DNA from: Planctomycetota bacterium
GTDB taxonomy: Bacteria > Planctomycetota > UBA1135 > UBA2386
NCBI GenBank assembly: GCA_046290465.1
Contig: JBKAGP010000001.1
Coordinates: forward strand, 1,888,001 to 1,952,000
Direction of reading: 5' to 3'
Length of the DNA stretch: 64,000 nt
Below the pieces are notes generated by a model. That model saw only the letters and a program-made list of their open reading frames with translations, had not been told where the DNA came from and made no database searches. Both the position numbers and the translations under genes were made by a program. Positions 1-9,833 of the stretch are shown here, one piece after another (position 1 is the first letter of the stretch; each line of letters opens with the position of its first letter).

Positions 1-513
1 GAGCTCGACCCGGACAACCCCGAACTGCGCGTGCTGGTCAGCACCGCCTACGCCGAACTGGGCGACGTCGAACGCGCGATCCGCGAGGTCGTCGTCGACC
101 CGCACCCGCTGCTGCGCGAGAGCCTCGAGGGCCACTTCGCCGACCTCGCCGACCGCGCCGGCAAGCGCAACGAACTGCGCCAGGCCAACCGCTACCTGAT
201 CGAGTACCTGTTCGTGGCGATCGCCAACCGCAGCGGCAACCGCGACGAGGAGTCGCTACGGCTGGTGCGCGAGTTCCAGAAGCAGGCCAGCGAGGCCGCC
301 CGCCGCTATGACCGCGAACGCGAGGACATGCGCTGGATGATCACCGGCGGCCTCGCCGCCCTCGACGCCGGCCGCGAGGACCTCTGCGACGGCTACGCCG
401 CCATGGCCCAGAAGTTCGGCGCCCGCCTCACCGACTGGCAGCGCAACCTGCTCGGCGACCAACTCGACCGCCTCCGCACCCGCCCCGCCTGGGCCCCCCT
501 CCTCCCCAACTGA
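1..513 (+). CDS. 5'-truncated helical-repeat (TPR-like) protein, C-terminal part
   Basis: Open frame from base 1 to TGA 511-513; ELDPDNPELRVLVSTAYAELGDVERAI resembles a TPR helix pair. Confidence 0.6.
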   Translation, partial: ELDPDNPELRVLVSTAYAELGDVERAIREVVVDPHPLLRESLEGHFADLADRAGKRNELRQANRYLIEYLFVAIANRSGNRDEESLRLVREFQKQASEAARRYDREREDMRWMITGGLAALDAGREDLCDGYAAMAQKFGARLTDWQRNLLGDQLDRLRTRPAWAPLLPN

Positions 514-515
514 CT

Positions 516-545
516 TGCCGTACGGTACCGTGCCGTACGGTACCG
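516..545. repeat. 15-bp tandem duplication (tgccgtacggtaccg x2) made of overlapping palindromes
   Basis: Exact copies at 516-530 and 531-545 in a convergent intergenic spacer. Confidence 0.9.
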
Positions 546-578
546 GGTTCGTCCTACAACTTCCGCCGCACCCACCAC

Positions 579-1463
579 CTACTTCTTCTTCTCGGCCGCC
601 GCCTCCAGCAGCCCCTCCAGTTCGACCTCGGCGCCCGCCGCCTCGACGAACTGCTCGAACGTCCACTCGTGGCCGTGCAGCGCGTGCGCCTTCGGGAACA
701 GGTGCTGCAGCTTCTCCTGCAGACGGAACGTCAGCATCGCCATGCCCAGCCGTGTCGCGTGCAGCCGGTCCTCCTGCAGCAGCGCGGCCGGCGCGGTGCG
801 CACCTTGCCCTGCTTCAGCGGCAGCTCGACGCCGTCGACCTTCAGCTCGTGCACCAGGCGCGACAGCGGCACCAGCAGCACGTCCTCGCGCTGCTTCGCC
901 CACGCGGCCAGCCGTTCGTTGAGCTGCTTCAGGATCGCCGCCGACGGGATCTGCTGCGGCTTCAGCATGCGCACCGCGGCGCCGCGCATGTCCGGCAGAT
1001 CGCCGACCACCAGCGGCCCGTCGAGCTGCGCCAGCAGCGCGAGCCCCCGCTCGAAGCGCTTCGTGCGCGCCTCGTTCTCGTCGCCCCGCACGTAGCCGTA
1101 GGCGAACCAGAACGGGAAGTCGATCGCGACCACCGCGTCCGGCTTGCGCCGCTTCGCCAGCGCGATCTCCTTCTCCCCGGTCCCGACCGGATCCTGGAAC
1201 AGCATCCACATCTCCATCGGCGGATGCGTCGTCACCTTGACCTCGCCGTCGCACCACTTCTTGAGCATGCGATGCAGCGACACCGACTGGCCCTGGTTCT
1301 CGGCGCCGAACAGCGGGCCGTCCATGAACCCGCCGCTGACGCTCGCGCCGATGATGTGGATGCGCTCGGGCGCGACCGGGGCTTCCCGCTGCGCGGCCAG
1401 CGAAACGGTGAGCAGCAGCAGCAGCCCTGCGAACGTGCGGATTCTTCCGACCATGCCGCTCAT
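579..1463 (-). CDS. Exported SGNH/GDSL-like hydrolase (putative esterase)
   Basis: Signal peptide; block I-like IHIIGASVSGG and block V-like DRLH; ATGA overlap with upstream gene stop. Confidence 0.65.
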   Translation of the reverse strand: MSGMVGRIRTFAGLLLLLTVSLAAQREAPVAPERIHIIGASVSGGFMDGPLFGAENQGQSVSLHRMLKKWCDGEVKVTTHPPMEMWMLFQDPVGTGEKEIALAKRRKPDAVVAIDFPFWFAYGYVRGDENEARTKRFERGLALLAQLDGPLVVGDLPDMRGAAVRMLKPQQIPSAAILKQLNERLAAWAKQREDVLLVPLSRLVHELKVDGVELPLKQGKVRTAPAALLQEDRLHATRLGMAMLTFRLQEKLQHLFPKAHALHGHEWTFEQFVEAAGAEVELEGLLEAAAEKKK

Positions 1464-4240
1464 CGTAGCCAATCGACCACCGCGTCGTGCACCCGCCGAC
1501 GCACCGACGTGATCTTGTTGTTCACCCGGGTCGGATGCACCCGGTTGCTCAACAGCACCACGCAGACATCGTGGCGCGGGCTGCACCACAGCGACGTGCC
1601 GGTGAAGCCGGTGTGCCCGAACGTGCCGGCCGGCACCTCGGTCCCCGCCCACGAACCGCTGCGCAGCAGCTGGAAGCCGAGCCCGCGCGTCGTGTCCGAC
1701 CCGATCCCCGACGGCCGCGTCGCCTCGGCGACGATCGCACGCGGCAGCACCGGCGCGCCGCCGGCCAGCAGCGCGGTGCCGTAGCGGGCGACGCCGTCGG
1801 CGGTCGCGAACAGCCCGGCGTGCCCCGACACCCCGCCCATCGCATAGGCGTTCTCGTCGTGCACGTGTCCCTGCACCACCCGACCGCGCCACCGATCGTC
1901 CTCGGTCGGCGCCGCATCGCACGGCTCGCCCGCCGTCGGCGTGAAGAACGCGTCCATGCCCAGCGGCCCGGACACGAACCGCCGCACGTAGAGCGCGTAC
2001 GGCACCCCCGACGCCTTCTCGACGACCTGCATCAGCAGCATGAAGCCCAGGTCGCTGTAGCGCACCGCGGTGCCCGGCTCGAGCATCAGCCCCTCCTTCG
2101 CCGCCGCCGCCAGGATCGCATCGCGCCCCTCGAGCGAACGGAAGAACCGCACGTACGACGGCAGGCCCCCCTGGTGCGCGAGCAGGTGGCGCACCGTCAC
2201 CTGCTCCTTGCCCGCACCGACGAACTCCGGCACGTACTTCTGCACCGGGTCGTCGAGCGACAGCTTGCCCTCGGCCACCAGCCGCAGCACCGCCGGCGTG
2301 GTCGCACACACCTTGGTCAGCGACGCGAGGTCGTAGCGCGTCTCCTTGGTGACTGCCGGCGCATCGTCGGCGTACGACATCCGCCCCGCCGCGACCCGCG
2401 CGACCACGTCGCCACGCCGGGTCACGACGCACATCGCCCCGGGGAACGCGCGGTCCGCGACCGCCGCGTCCAGGTGCGCACGGATCGCCGCGACCAGCTC
2501 GGTGTCGATCGCGTTGCCGCCGAACGGCGGGCGCAGCGACAGGCCGTCGCCCGCCTCGGCGACGCCCGGGATCGCGACCGGCAGCCGCCCGACCAGCCGG
2601 CCGGTGCCGCGCAGCGCATCGGCGACCGCGCGCTGCACGTGCGAGGTCGCGGCGAACGCGGCGACGTAGGCATCGGCGTGCGGCAGGTCCTGCACCAGGT
2701 AGGGGTTGCCGAACGACACCACCACGACCTTCTGCTTCGCCTGCAGTTGCTCGAGCACCGGCCGCAGCCGCGCCGGCACGGCCACGCCGCCGCTGCTCTC
2801 GCGCACCTTGACGTAGATCGCGGCGACCACGGTCTCGGCGAGCGCGACCTTGCGCCGCGCCGCCGCGATCTGCTCGTCGCTGCTGGTCCCCGACAGGCGC
2901 AGCATCGACTCGTCGGGCTGCGGCACGACCGCGCGCATGCGCTCGGCGAACTCACCGCCCTGGCCGTCGTCCTTGTCCACGATCGTCACCAGCACCGTGC
3001 CGGCCGCGCCCCGCCGCACCGCGGCGAGCGCGCCGTCGCGTTCGCGCACCAGCACCGGGCCGGCCGCGGCGATCTCCTTGGCGACGGTCACCGCCTCGGG
3101 CCGCCGCAGCTGTCGCTGCCAGTCTTCGGCGACCCTGCCGCCGCCATCCAGCAGGCCGACGCGCTGCTTCATGCCGAGGATGCGCCGCACAGCGTCGTCG
3201 AGCCGCGCCATCGGCACGCGGCCGCTCTCGACGGCATCGACGACGGCCTGCCGCGCGACCAGCGGTTCGGGCGGCATCAGCAGCACATCGGCACCGGCCA
3301 GCAGCGCCCGCACGGCGACCTCGCCGGGCGAGAACGCGTTCTTGACGCCGCCCATGTCGAGCGCGTCGGTCACCACCAGACCGGTGAACCCGAGTTCGTC
3401 GCGCAGCACGTCGCCGAGGATCTTGCGGCTCAGCGTCGCCGGCACGTTCGCGGCCTCGCCGAGCCCCGGCACCGCCAGGTGGCCGGTCATCACCGACTCG
3501 AGGCCCTCGCGCGCGGCGTCGCCGAACGGCCGCAGCTCGACGCGGCGCAGCCGATCGCCGTCGCCGGGCACGGTCGGCAGCTCCATGTGGGAGTCACTGG
3601 CAACGTCGCCGTGGCCCGGAAAGTGCTTGCCGCACGAGATCAACCCGGCGCCGCGCACCCCGCGCGCAAACGCCCGCCCGAGCCGCGAGACCAGCGCCGG
3701 GTCCTCGCCGAAGCTGCGCACGTTGATGATCGGGTTCTGCGGGTTGCTGTTGACGTCGAGCACCGGCGCGAACACCCAGTGGAAGCCGAGTGCCTTGGCC
3801 TCGCGCCCGGTCACCCGCCCCATCGCCTCGGCCAGCCGTTCGTCGCCGGTCGCGCCGACCAGCATCTGGTTGCCGAGTTCGGTCGCGCCCTGCAGGCGGA
3901 ACCAGACGCCGCCTTCGAAGTCGCCGGCCATCAGCAGCGGCACCTGCGCCTTGGCCTGCAGCTTCGGGATCAGCATCGCCGCGTCCTCACAGCTGCCGAG
4001 GCTCAGGATCACGCCGCCGAGACCGACCTCCTCGACCCAGCGCAGCATCTGCTCGTGGTTGTCGCCGCTCGGGCGCGACAGGCTCCACGAGACGAACAGC
4101 TGGCCGGCCTTCTGCTCGAGGGTGAGGCGGCCGAGCAGCTGGTCGACGGGGTCCTGGGCGGGCAGGGCCGAGCCGAGGGCGAAGGCCAGTGGGGCGAGCA
4201 GCAGGGCGGAGACGGGACGCAGGAGCCGGCGGACGTTCAC
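1460..4240 (-). CDS. nagZ: GH3 beta-N-acetylhexosaminidase (NagZ-type) fused to C-terminal beta-lactamase-family serine hydrolase (AmiE-like)
   Basis: KHFPGHGDVASDSH and VVTDALDM GH3 motifs; C-terminal SLTK, YSD, HTG motifs; signal peptide; GTG start inferred. Confidence 0.9.
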   Translation of the reverse strand: MNVRRLLRPVSALLLAPLAFALGSALPAQDPVDQLLGRLTLEQKAGQLFVSWSLSRPSGDNHEQMLRWVEEVGLGGVILSLGSCEDAAMLIPKLQAKAQVPLLMAGDFEGGVWFRLQGATELGNQMLVGATGDERLAEAMGRVTGREAKALGFHWVFAPVLDVNSNPQNPIINVRSFGEDPALVSRLGRAFARGVRGAGLISCGKHFPGHGDVASDSHMELPTVPGDGDRLRRVELRPFGDAAREGLESVMTGHLAVPGLGEAANVPATLSRKILGDVLRDELGFTGLVVTDALDMGGVKNAFSPGEVAVRALLAGADVLLMPPEPLVARQAVVDAVESGRVPMARLDDAVRRILGMKQRVGLLDGGGRVAEDWQRQLRRPEAVTVAKEIAAAGPVLVRERDGALAAVRRGAAGTVLVTIVDKDDGQGGEFAERMRAVVPQPDESMLRLSGTSSDEQIAAARRKVALAETVVAAIYVKVRESSGGVAVPARLRPVLEQLQAKQKVVVVSFGNPYLVQDLPHADAYVAAFAATSHVQRAVADALRGTGRLVGRLPVAIPGVAEAGDGLSLRPPFGGNAIDTELVAAIRAHLDAAVADRAFPGAMCVVTRRGDVVARVAAGRMSYADDAPAVTKETRYDLASLTKVCATTPAVLRLVAEGKLSLDDPVQKYVPEFVGAGKEQVTVRHLLAHQGGLPSYVRFFRSLEGRDAILAAAAKEGLMLEPGTAVRYSDLGFMLLMQVVEKASGVPYALYVRRFVSGPLGMDAFFTPTAGEPCDAAPTEDDRWRGRVVQGHVHDENAYAMGGVSGHAGLFATADGVARYGTALLAGGAPVLPRAIVAEATRPSGIGSDTTRGLGFQLLRSGSWAGTEVPAGTFGHTGFTGTSLWCSPRHDVCVVLLSNRVHPTRVNNKITSVRRRVHDAVVDWLR

Positions 4241-4280
4241 GCCGATATCGTATGGTCGCCTGCCAGGATTCGCTCGCCAG

Positions 4281-5042
4281 TTAGCCGGTAGCGTCCGCCG
4301 TCGCGTCCAGGCTGCTGGCCGCCTCCGGATCCAGCAGGACCAGCACGTTCGCGTGGTTGCGCAGCGCCGAAGCCGGGCAGTTCTCGCTGACGTCACCCTG
4401 CAGCATGTCGCGCACCGCGTCGGCCTTGCCGCGACCGAACGCACACAGCACGATCCGGTCGGCGCCGAGGATCGACTTGAGGCCGGCGGTGACCGCGCGG
4501 CGCGGCGGCTCGTCCGGGACGAACGTCGGCGCGGCGTCGGCACGCGTCGACTCGGCCAGCGTGGTCACGTGGAACCCCTTGTCGAACGACGCCCCGGGCT
4601 CGTTGAACGCGACGTGGCCATTGCGACCGATGCCGAGGAACTGCAGCTTGATGCCGCCGGCGCGCTCGATGCGCTCCTCGTGGGCCCGCATCGAGCCCTC
4701 GGCACCGTGGCAGGGCACCGGCAGGAACGAGCCGCGCGCCAGCATGTCGCGCAGGGCCGGGCAGCGCAGCGTCAGCTCGTGCACCATGCCGCCGCGGCGG
4801 TTGGGTTCGAACGCGATGTATTCGTCGAGATGCGTGCCGACGAAAGCCGAGCCGTCGACGCGGCCCGCCTTCAGTTCGGCGTCGAGCGAACGGAAGAACG
4901 CCGTGTAGGTCCCGCCGGTCGCGAAGCTGACCAACGGCCGGGAGCTCGCAGCGATCACGTCGCGCAGCTCACCCAGCAGAAGAGGCACCGCGGACTCCGC
5001 GGCGTCCAGGACTCTCACTTCGGGAATGGCTTGTGGCTCCAT
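4281..5042 (-). CDS. nagB: Glucosamine-6-phosphate deaminase
   Basis: ATGGT, LDEY, LGIGRNGHVAFNEP, PASAL motifs. Confidence 0.9.
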   Translation of the reverse strand: MEPQAIPEVRVLDAAESAVPLLLGELRDVIAASSRPLVSFATGGTYTAFFRSLDAELKAGRVDGSAFVGTHLDEYIAFEPNRRGGMVHELTLRCPALRDMLARGSFLPVPCHGAEGSMRAHEERIERAGGIKLQFLGIGRNGHVAFNEPGASFDKGFHVTTLAESTRADAAPTFVPDEPPRRAVTAGLKSILGADRIVLCAFGRGKADAVRDMLQGDVSENCPASALRNHANVLVLLDPEAASSLDATADATG

Positions 5043-5135
5043 CGTCCTGTAACTGTGCCGTCGAAAGGGCTCGCTGACAAGAGAGGAGCTCCCCGCGCAC
5101 GGCCGGTCAAGGCAACCCAAGCAGCTGAATTTCCG

Positions 5136-6206
5136 CTACTTGCGCTGCTTCGCAGGCGGACGGGCGGTCTTGGCCGTTTCCTCACTCGTCGGGCGGACCG
5201 TTCGACCTGCGGATCCGCCACCACCGGTGGACGGGCGGGCGTCGTTGTGGGCCTTCGAACCACCGGTCCCAACGGCGGGACCGGCACCGCGCACGCGCAG
5301 CGTGACCCGGTAGAGCGAGGTGCGCGCGGTCACGAACAGCTGCCTGCCATCCGCCCCACCGAACGCACAGTTGGACGGCTTCTCGGGCAGCGCGATCGTG
5401 GCCAGCCGTTCGCCCTTCGGTGAGTAGATCCGCACGCCGTCGCGGGCCGTCGTGTAGAGGTTGCCGAGGCGGTCACAGCGCATGCCGTCGGCGCCGCCCT
5501 CGAGCCAGAACGCAGCCTTGCCGAGCGAGCCGTCCGGCCGGATCGGAAACGCGCCGACCCGCTGCTTGCTGCCGCTGTCGGCGATGTAGAGGCGCTGGTG
5601 GTCGGGCGCGAAGCAGATGCCGTTGGGCATCGAGAAGCCGCGGTGCACGATCGCGACCGCGCCGCTGGCCGGATCGAGCCGGTAGACGAAGTTGCCGGCG
5701 GCGTGCTGCTCGCGGCCGCGCAGGCCGTAGGTCGGATCGGTGAACCAGATCGTGCCGTCCGCACGCACCGCCAGGTCGTTGGGCGAGTTGTAGGCCTTGC
5801 CGTCGCAGGCTGCGGTCAGCACCTCGGCCTTGCCGTCCTTGCCCCACCGCACGACGTTGCGGCCGCGGTGCTGCGCGCTGAGCAGCCGCCCCTGCAGGTC
5901 GAGCGCGTTGCCGTTGCTCTGCTCGCTGTCGCGCCACACGACGCAGCCGGCCTTGGCCGTCCAGCGCATCAGCCGCGCGTTGGGGATGTCCGAGAACACC
6001 AGCGCCTGCTCGGTGGGCAGCCACACCGGCCCCTCGACGAACTTCATGCCGGTGCCGAGCCGTTCGATCGCCGCGTCGGCGGGGACCAGTTGGCGGCCAG
6101 CCTCGCGGTGGAACGTGACCTGCGCCGGCAGCGCGGCGGCCAGCACGGCGAACGAGATGCCGGCGAACGGGATGCCGGCAAATGGGGCGAGAACGGCAGG
6201 CTTCAT
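5136..6206 (-). CDS. Exported SMP-30/gluconolactonase family protein
   Basis: EGPVW, NSPNDL, PNGICF, ADGM motifs; signal peptide. Confidence 0.9.
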   Translation of the reverse strand: MKPAVLAPFAGIPFAGISFAVLAAALPAQVTFHREAGRQLVPADAAIERLGTGMKFVEGPVWLPTEQALVFSDIPNARLMRWTAKAGCVVWRDSEQSNGNALDLQGRLLSAQHRGRNVVRWGKDGKAEVLTAACDGKAYNSPNDLAVRADGTIWFTDPTYGLRGREQHAAGNFVYRLDPASGAVAIVHRGFSMPNGICFAPDHQRLYIADSGSKQRVGAFPIRPDGSLGKAAFWLEGGADGMRCDRLGNLYTTARDGVRIYSPKGERLATIALPEKPSNCAFGGADGRQLFVTARTSLYRVTLRVRGAGPAVGTGGSKAHNDARPSTGGGGSAGRTVRPTSEETAKTARPPAKQRK

Positions 6207-6207
6207 C

Positions 6208-7362
6208 TCAGACCTTCCAGACGAGGTTGCGGCGATAGAGGGCGCGGAGCACGACGAACCAGGCGACGATCCACAGCAGCGCGAACAGCAGCGACGCGAA
6301 CTTCGGCTCGCCGAGCGGCAGCAGCAGGGTCTCGAACAGCCAGGTCTTCAGCGACACGGTGCGGCCGTCGACGTCGAACGTGATCAGCGACGCGATCAGG
6401 CGACCGAGCAGGCCGCTGCCGACGAACACCAGCAGCGCGTTGGTGCCGTAGACCTGCAGCGGGTAGGCGAGCCGGTCGAAGCGACGCTGCTCGAAGAAGT
6501 GCACGCACAGGCCGAGCCCCGCGGTCGCGATGCCCGCGGTCCAGACCGCGTAGCTGCTGGTCCACAGGTACTTGTTGGCCGGCAGCAGCCACGACCAGAC
6601 CGCGCCGAGCGCCATCAGCAGCAGGCCGCGGCGCAGCAGCCCCGACGAGCGCGCAGCGACGTCGGGGTTGGCGCGCAGCAGGCGGCCGGCTTCGACGCCG
6701 AACAGGCAGGTCGAAAGCGCCGGGATCGTGCTGAGCAGGCCTTCGGGGTCGTACTTGCCCTTGACCCAGATGTGGTCGCCGAACACGGCGCGGTCGACGT
6801 AGCCCTGCAGGGTGCCCATCGGCTCGGACAGGTCCGGCGCGCCGAAGCCCGGCACCGGCACCAGCGTGATCAACGGCCAGTAGAGCAGCAGGCACGACCA
6901 CAGCACCCACCGCTGCGTGCGCGCCGACGTGAACAGGAACAGCAGCGCGGCCGTTCCGTAGCAGACGCCGATGCGCTGCAGCACGCCGGGGAAGCGGGTC
7001 GTCAGCAGCGGGTCGAACAGGTCGCGGCCGTCGGCGAACGTGATCAGCGGGAACGCCGACAACAGCATGCCGAGCAGCACCAGCTTGACGACGCGCAGCA
7101 GCAGCCCGCGCACGATCGGCCCGCGCGGATCGCCGCGGTCGACCTTCTTGCACAGCGCTGGCACGATCGCGACCCCGGCGCAGAACAGGAACGTCGGAAA
7201 CACCAGATCGGTGAACGTGCAGCCGTGCCAGTCCGCGTGGCGCAGCGGTCCGTACTGCCAGTCGCGCCCCCAGCGACCGGGGTTGTTGACCAGGATCATC
7301 GCGGCGATCGACAGGCCGCGCAGGGCGTCGAGGCCGAGCCAGCGGCCCGTCGAAGAGCTCAT
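6208..7362 (-). CDS. Heparan-alpha-glucosaminide N-acetyltransferase-like (HGSNAT/NagX) membrane protein
   Basis: LDALRG, LVNNPG, HADWHGCTFTDLVFP, GVLQRI, DPEG motifs; multiple TM segments. Confidence 0.85.
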   Translation of the reverse strand: MSSSTGRWLGLDALRGLSIAAMILVNNPGRWGRDWQYGPLRHADWHGCTFTDLVFPTFLFCAGVAIVPALCKKVDRGDPRGPIVRGLLLRVVKLVLLGMLLSAFPLITFADGRDLFDPLLTTRFPGVLQRIGVCYGTAALLFLFTSARTQRWVLWSCLLLYWPLITLVPVPGFGAPDLSEPMGTLQGYVDRAVFGDHIWVKGKYDPEGLLSTIPALSTCLFGVEAGRLLRANPDVAARSSGLLRRGLLLMALGAVWSWLLPANKYLWTSSYAVWTAGIATAGLGLCVHFFEQRRFDRLAYPLQVYGTNALLVFVGSGLLGRLIASLITFDVDGRTVSLKTWLFETLLLPLGEPKFASLLFALLWIVAWFVVLRALYRRNLVWKV

Positions 7363-7368
7363 GCCGCG

Positions 7369-8277
7369 CTACGCCGGAGCCTCGAGCGAAGCGCGCACGC
7401 TGCCGTCGTGCGTGAACAGCAGGGTGCGGGCGACGTGCGGCTCGACCCCCTTGGTCTTGGCCACGATCGCCGCCTTGACCTCGCCGTCGGCGGCCGCGAG
7501 CATGCGCTCGGCCTCGGCCAGCTCGCAGTGGCAGGCCTCGGCGACGATCCGCACGCTGCGGGCGCGCAGCTTGGCGTTGGTGGCCTGCAGGTCGACCATC
7601 AGGTTGCCGTAGACCTTGTTGAGCCGCACGAACGCGCCGGTGCTCAGCATGTTGAGCACCATCTTGGTGGCGGTGCCGGCCTTCAGGCGCGTGCTGCCGG
7701 TCAGCACTTCGGCGCCGGTCTCGACCTCGATCGCGTGGTCGACGCCGATCACCGCCGCGCTGCCGGGGTTCATGGTGACGCCGACGGTCAGCGCCTTGAC
7801 GCTGCGCGCGTGTTCGAGCGCGCCGAGCACGTACGGTGTCCGGCCGCTGGCGGCGATGCCGACGACGGCGTCCTTCTGGCCGAGGTCGAGCGCCGCGAGG
7901 TCCTTGCCGGCCAGCTCCGGGTCGTCCTCGGCGCCCTCGACCGCGCGCAAGAACGCGTCCTGGCCGCCGGCGATCAGGCCGAGCACCTGCTGCGGGTCGG
8001 CCGAGAACGTCGGCGGACACTCGGCGGCGTCGAGCACCCCGAGGCGCCCCGACGTGCCGGCACCGACGTAGATCAGCCGGCCGCCCTTGTGCATGCGCTG
8101 GGCGATCGCGTCGACGGCGTCGGCGATCTTCGGCAGCACCAGCCGCACCGCTTCGGCGATGTGGCGGTCCTCGTCGTTCATCGCGGTGACGACATCGAGC
8201 GTCGACATCGCGTCGAGTTCTTCGCTGCGCGGGTTGCGGGACTCGGTCCGAAGCTGCGACAGGTCGACCTGGGTCAT
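7369..8277 (-). CDS. murQ: N-acetylmuramic acid 6-phosphate etherase
   Basis: GAGTSGRLGVLDAAECPPTF and GSTRLKAGTATKMVLNMLST; alternative start 8286. Confidence 0.95.
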   Translation of the reverse strand: MTQVDLSQLRTESRNPRSEELDAMSTLDVVTAMNDEDRHIAEAVRLVLPKIADAVDAIAQRMHKGGRLIYVGAGTSGRLGVLDAAECPPTFSADPQQVLGLIAGGQDAFLRAVEGAEDDPELAGKDLAALDLGQKDAVVGIAASGRTPYVLGALEHARSVKALTVGVTMNPGSAAVIGVDHAIEVETGAEVLTGSTRLKAGTATKMVLNMLSTGAFVRLNKVYGNLMVDLQATNAKLRARSVRIVAEACHCELAEAERMLAAADGEVKAAIVAKTKGVEPHVARTLLFTHDGSVRASLEAPA

Positions 8278-8357
8278 GGCCGGCATGATCGCGCATGGCC
8301 GCCCCGAACACCATGGGTCGCGTGACGGGGATCGTCCGTCGCGCTACGGTCGCGGCG

Positions 8358-9833
8358 ATGCCGGTCGCCCCTCTGGACCTCACCCTGCTGGTGCTCTACG
8401 TCGCCGGCACGATCGCCTTCGGTCTGTGGATGGGGCGCGGCCAGAAGTCGGCGTCCGACTACCTGCTGGGCGGCCGCGACCTGCCGTGGACGGTGCTGCT
8501 GCTGTCGATCGTCGCGACCGAGACCAGCACGGTGACGTTCTTGAGTGTGCCGGGCATCGCCTTCGGCGGCGGCCTCGGCCCCGGCGACCTGCGTTTCCTG
8601 CAGCTGCCGCTCGGCTACCTGGTCGGGCGCATCGCGGCGGCGACGTTCCTGGTGCCGCTCTACTTCAAGGGCCAGCTGTTCACCGCCTACGACGTGCTGC
8701 GCGACCGCAGCGGCGCCAACGTGCGCACGCTGGCCAGCGGCCTGTTCCTGGTGACGCGCACGCTCGGCGACGGCCTGCGGCTCTACCTGACGGCGATCGT
8801 GCTGCAGGTGATGTTCGGCTGCTCGATCCAGGTCGCGGTGGTCTCGGTCGGCGCCGCGACCGTCGTCTACACGGTGGTCGGCGGCATCAAGGCGGTCGTC
8901 TGGACCGATGCGATCCAGTTCGTCGTCTACATGCTCGGCGCGGCGATCGCGTTCGTCGTGCTCGGCAGCGAGATCGACGGCGGCCTCGGCGCGGTGTTCT
9001 CCGACAACGGCATGAGCGAACGGCTGCGCGTGTTCGTCACCGAGTGGGACCTGGCGCAGCCCTACACGCTGTGGGCCGGCCTGATCGGCGGCACCGTGGT
9101 GTCGATCGGCAGCCACGGCGTCGACCAGCTGATCGTGCAGCGCTACCTGTGCGCGCGCTCGCAGCGCGACGCGCAGAAGGCGCTGGTCTGGAGCGGGCCG
9201 GTGGTGCTGCTGCAGTTCGCGGTGTTCCTGCTGCTCGGCCTGTGCCTGTCGGTGTTCTACGCGCAGCAGCCGCCGGACCAGCCGTTCGAGAAGGCCGACC
9301 GCGTGTTCGCCGACTTCATCGTGCACCACATGCCGACCGGCGTCGTCGGCATCGTGCTCGGCGCGCTGTTCTCGGCGGCGATGTCGACGCTGTCGAGTTC
9401 GCTGTCGGCGTCGGCGTCGGCGCTGGTCAACGACTTCGTGCTGCCGATCACCGGCCACCGCCCCGACCAGCCGTTCGCGCTGCGGGCCGCCAAGCTCGCG
9501 ACCGTGATCTTCGCCGGCCTGCAGATCGTCGTCGGCATCAGCGGCATCGGCGGCGGCTCGATCATCGGCCAGGTGCTGGCGATCCAGAGCCTGACGCTCG
9601 GCGTGATCCTCGGTCTGTTCGTGCTCGCACTCGGCGAACGGCGCAACCCGACCGCGTCGATGATCGGGCTGTGCGCCGGCCTCGCGGTCACCTGCGTGAT
9701 CGCCTTCGTGCTGCCGATCGAGTTCGACGACGGCAGCACGTTCGCGATCGGCTGGCCGTGGTACGGGCTGATCACCGGCGCGACGACCGTCGGCGTCGGC
9801 GCGCTCTCGCGGCTGGTCACCCGCCCAGCGTGA
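8358..9833 (+). CDS. Sodium:solute symporter (SSS family), probable amino-sugar/muropeptide importer
   Basis: YLLGGRDLPW, SIVATETS, GGIKAVVWTD, DQLIVQRYL, AAMSTLSSSL; divergent from murQ; substrate inferred from context. Confidence 0.9.
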   Translation: MPVAPLDLTLLVLYVAGTIAFGLWMGRGQKSASDYLLGGRDLPWTVLLLSIVATETSTVTFLSVPGIAFGGGLGPGDLRFLQLPLGYLVGRIAAATFLVPLYFKGQLFTAYDVLRDRSGANVRTLASGLFLVTRTLGDGLRLYLTAIVLQVMFGCSIQVAVVSVGAATVVYTVVGGIKAVVWTDAIQFVVYMLGAAIAFVVLGSEIDGGLGAVFSDNGMSERLRVFVTEWDLAQPYTLWAGLIGGTVVSIGSHGVDQLIVQRYLCARSQRDAQKALVWSGPVVLLQFAVFLLLGLCLSVFYAQQPPDQPFEKADRVFADFIVHHMPTGVVGIVLGALFSAAMSTLSSSLSASASALVNDFVLPITGHRPDQPFALRAAKLATVIFAGLQIVVGISGIGGGSIIGQVLAIQSLTLGVILGLFVLALGERRNPTASMIGLCAGLAVTCVIAFVLPIEFDDGSTFAIGWPWYGLITGATTVGVGALSRLVTRPA

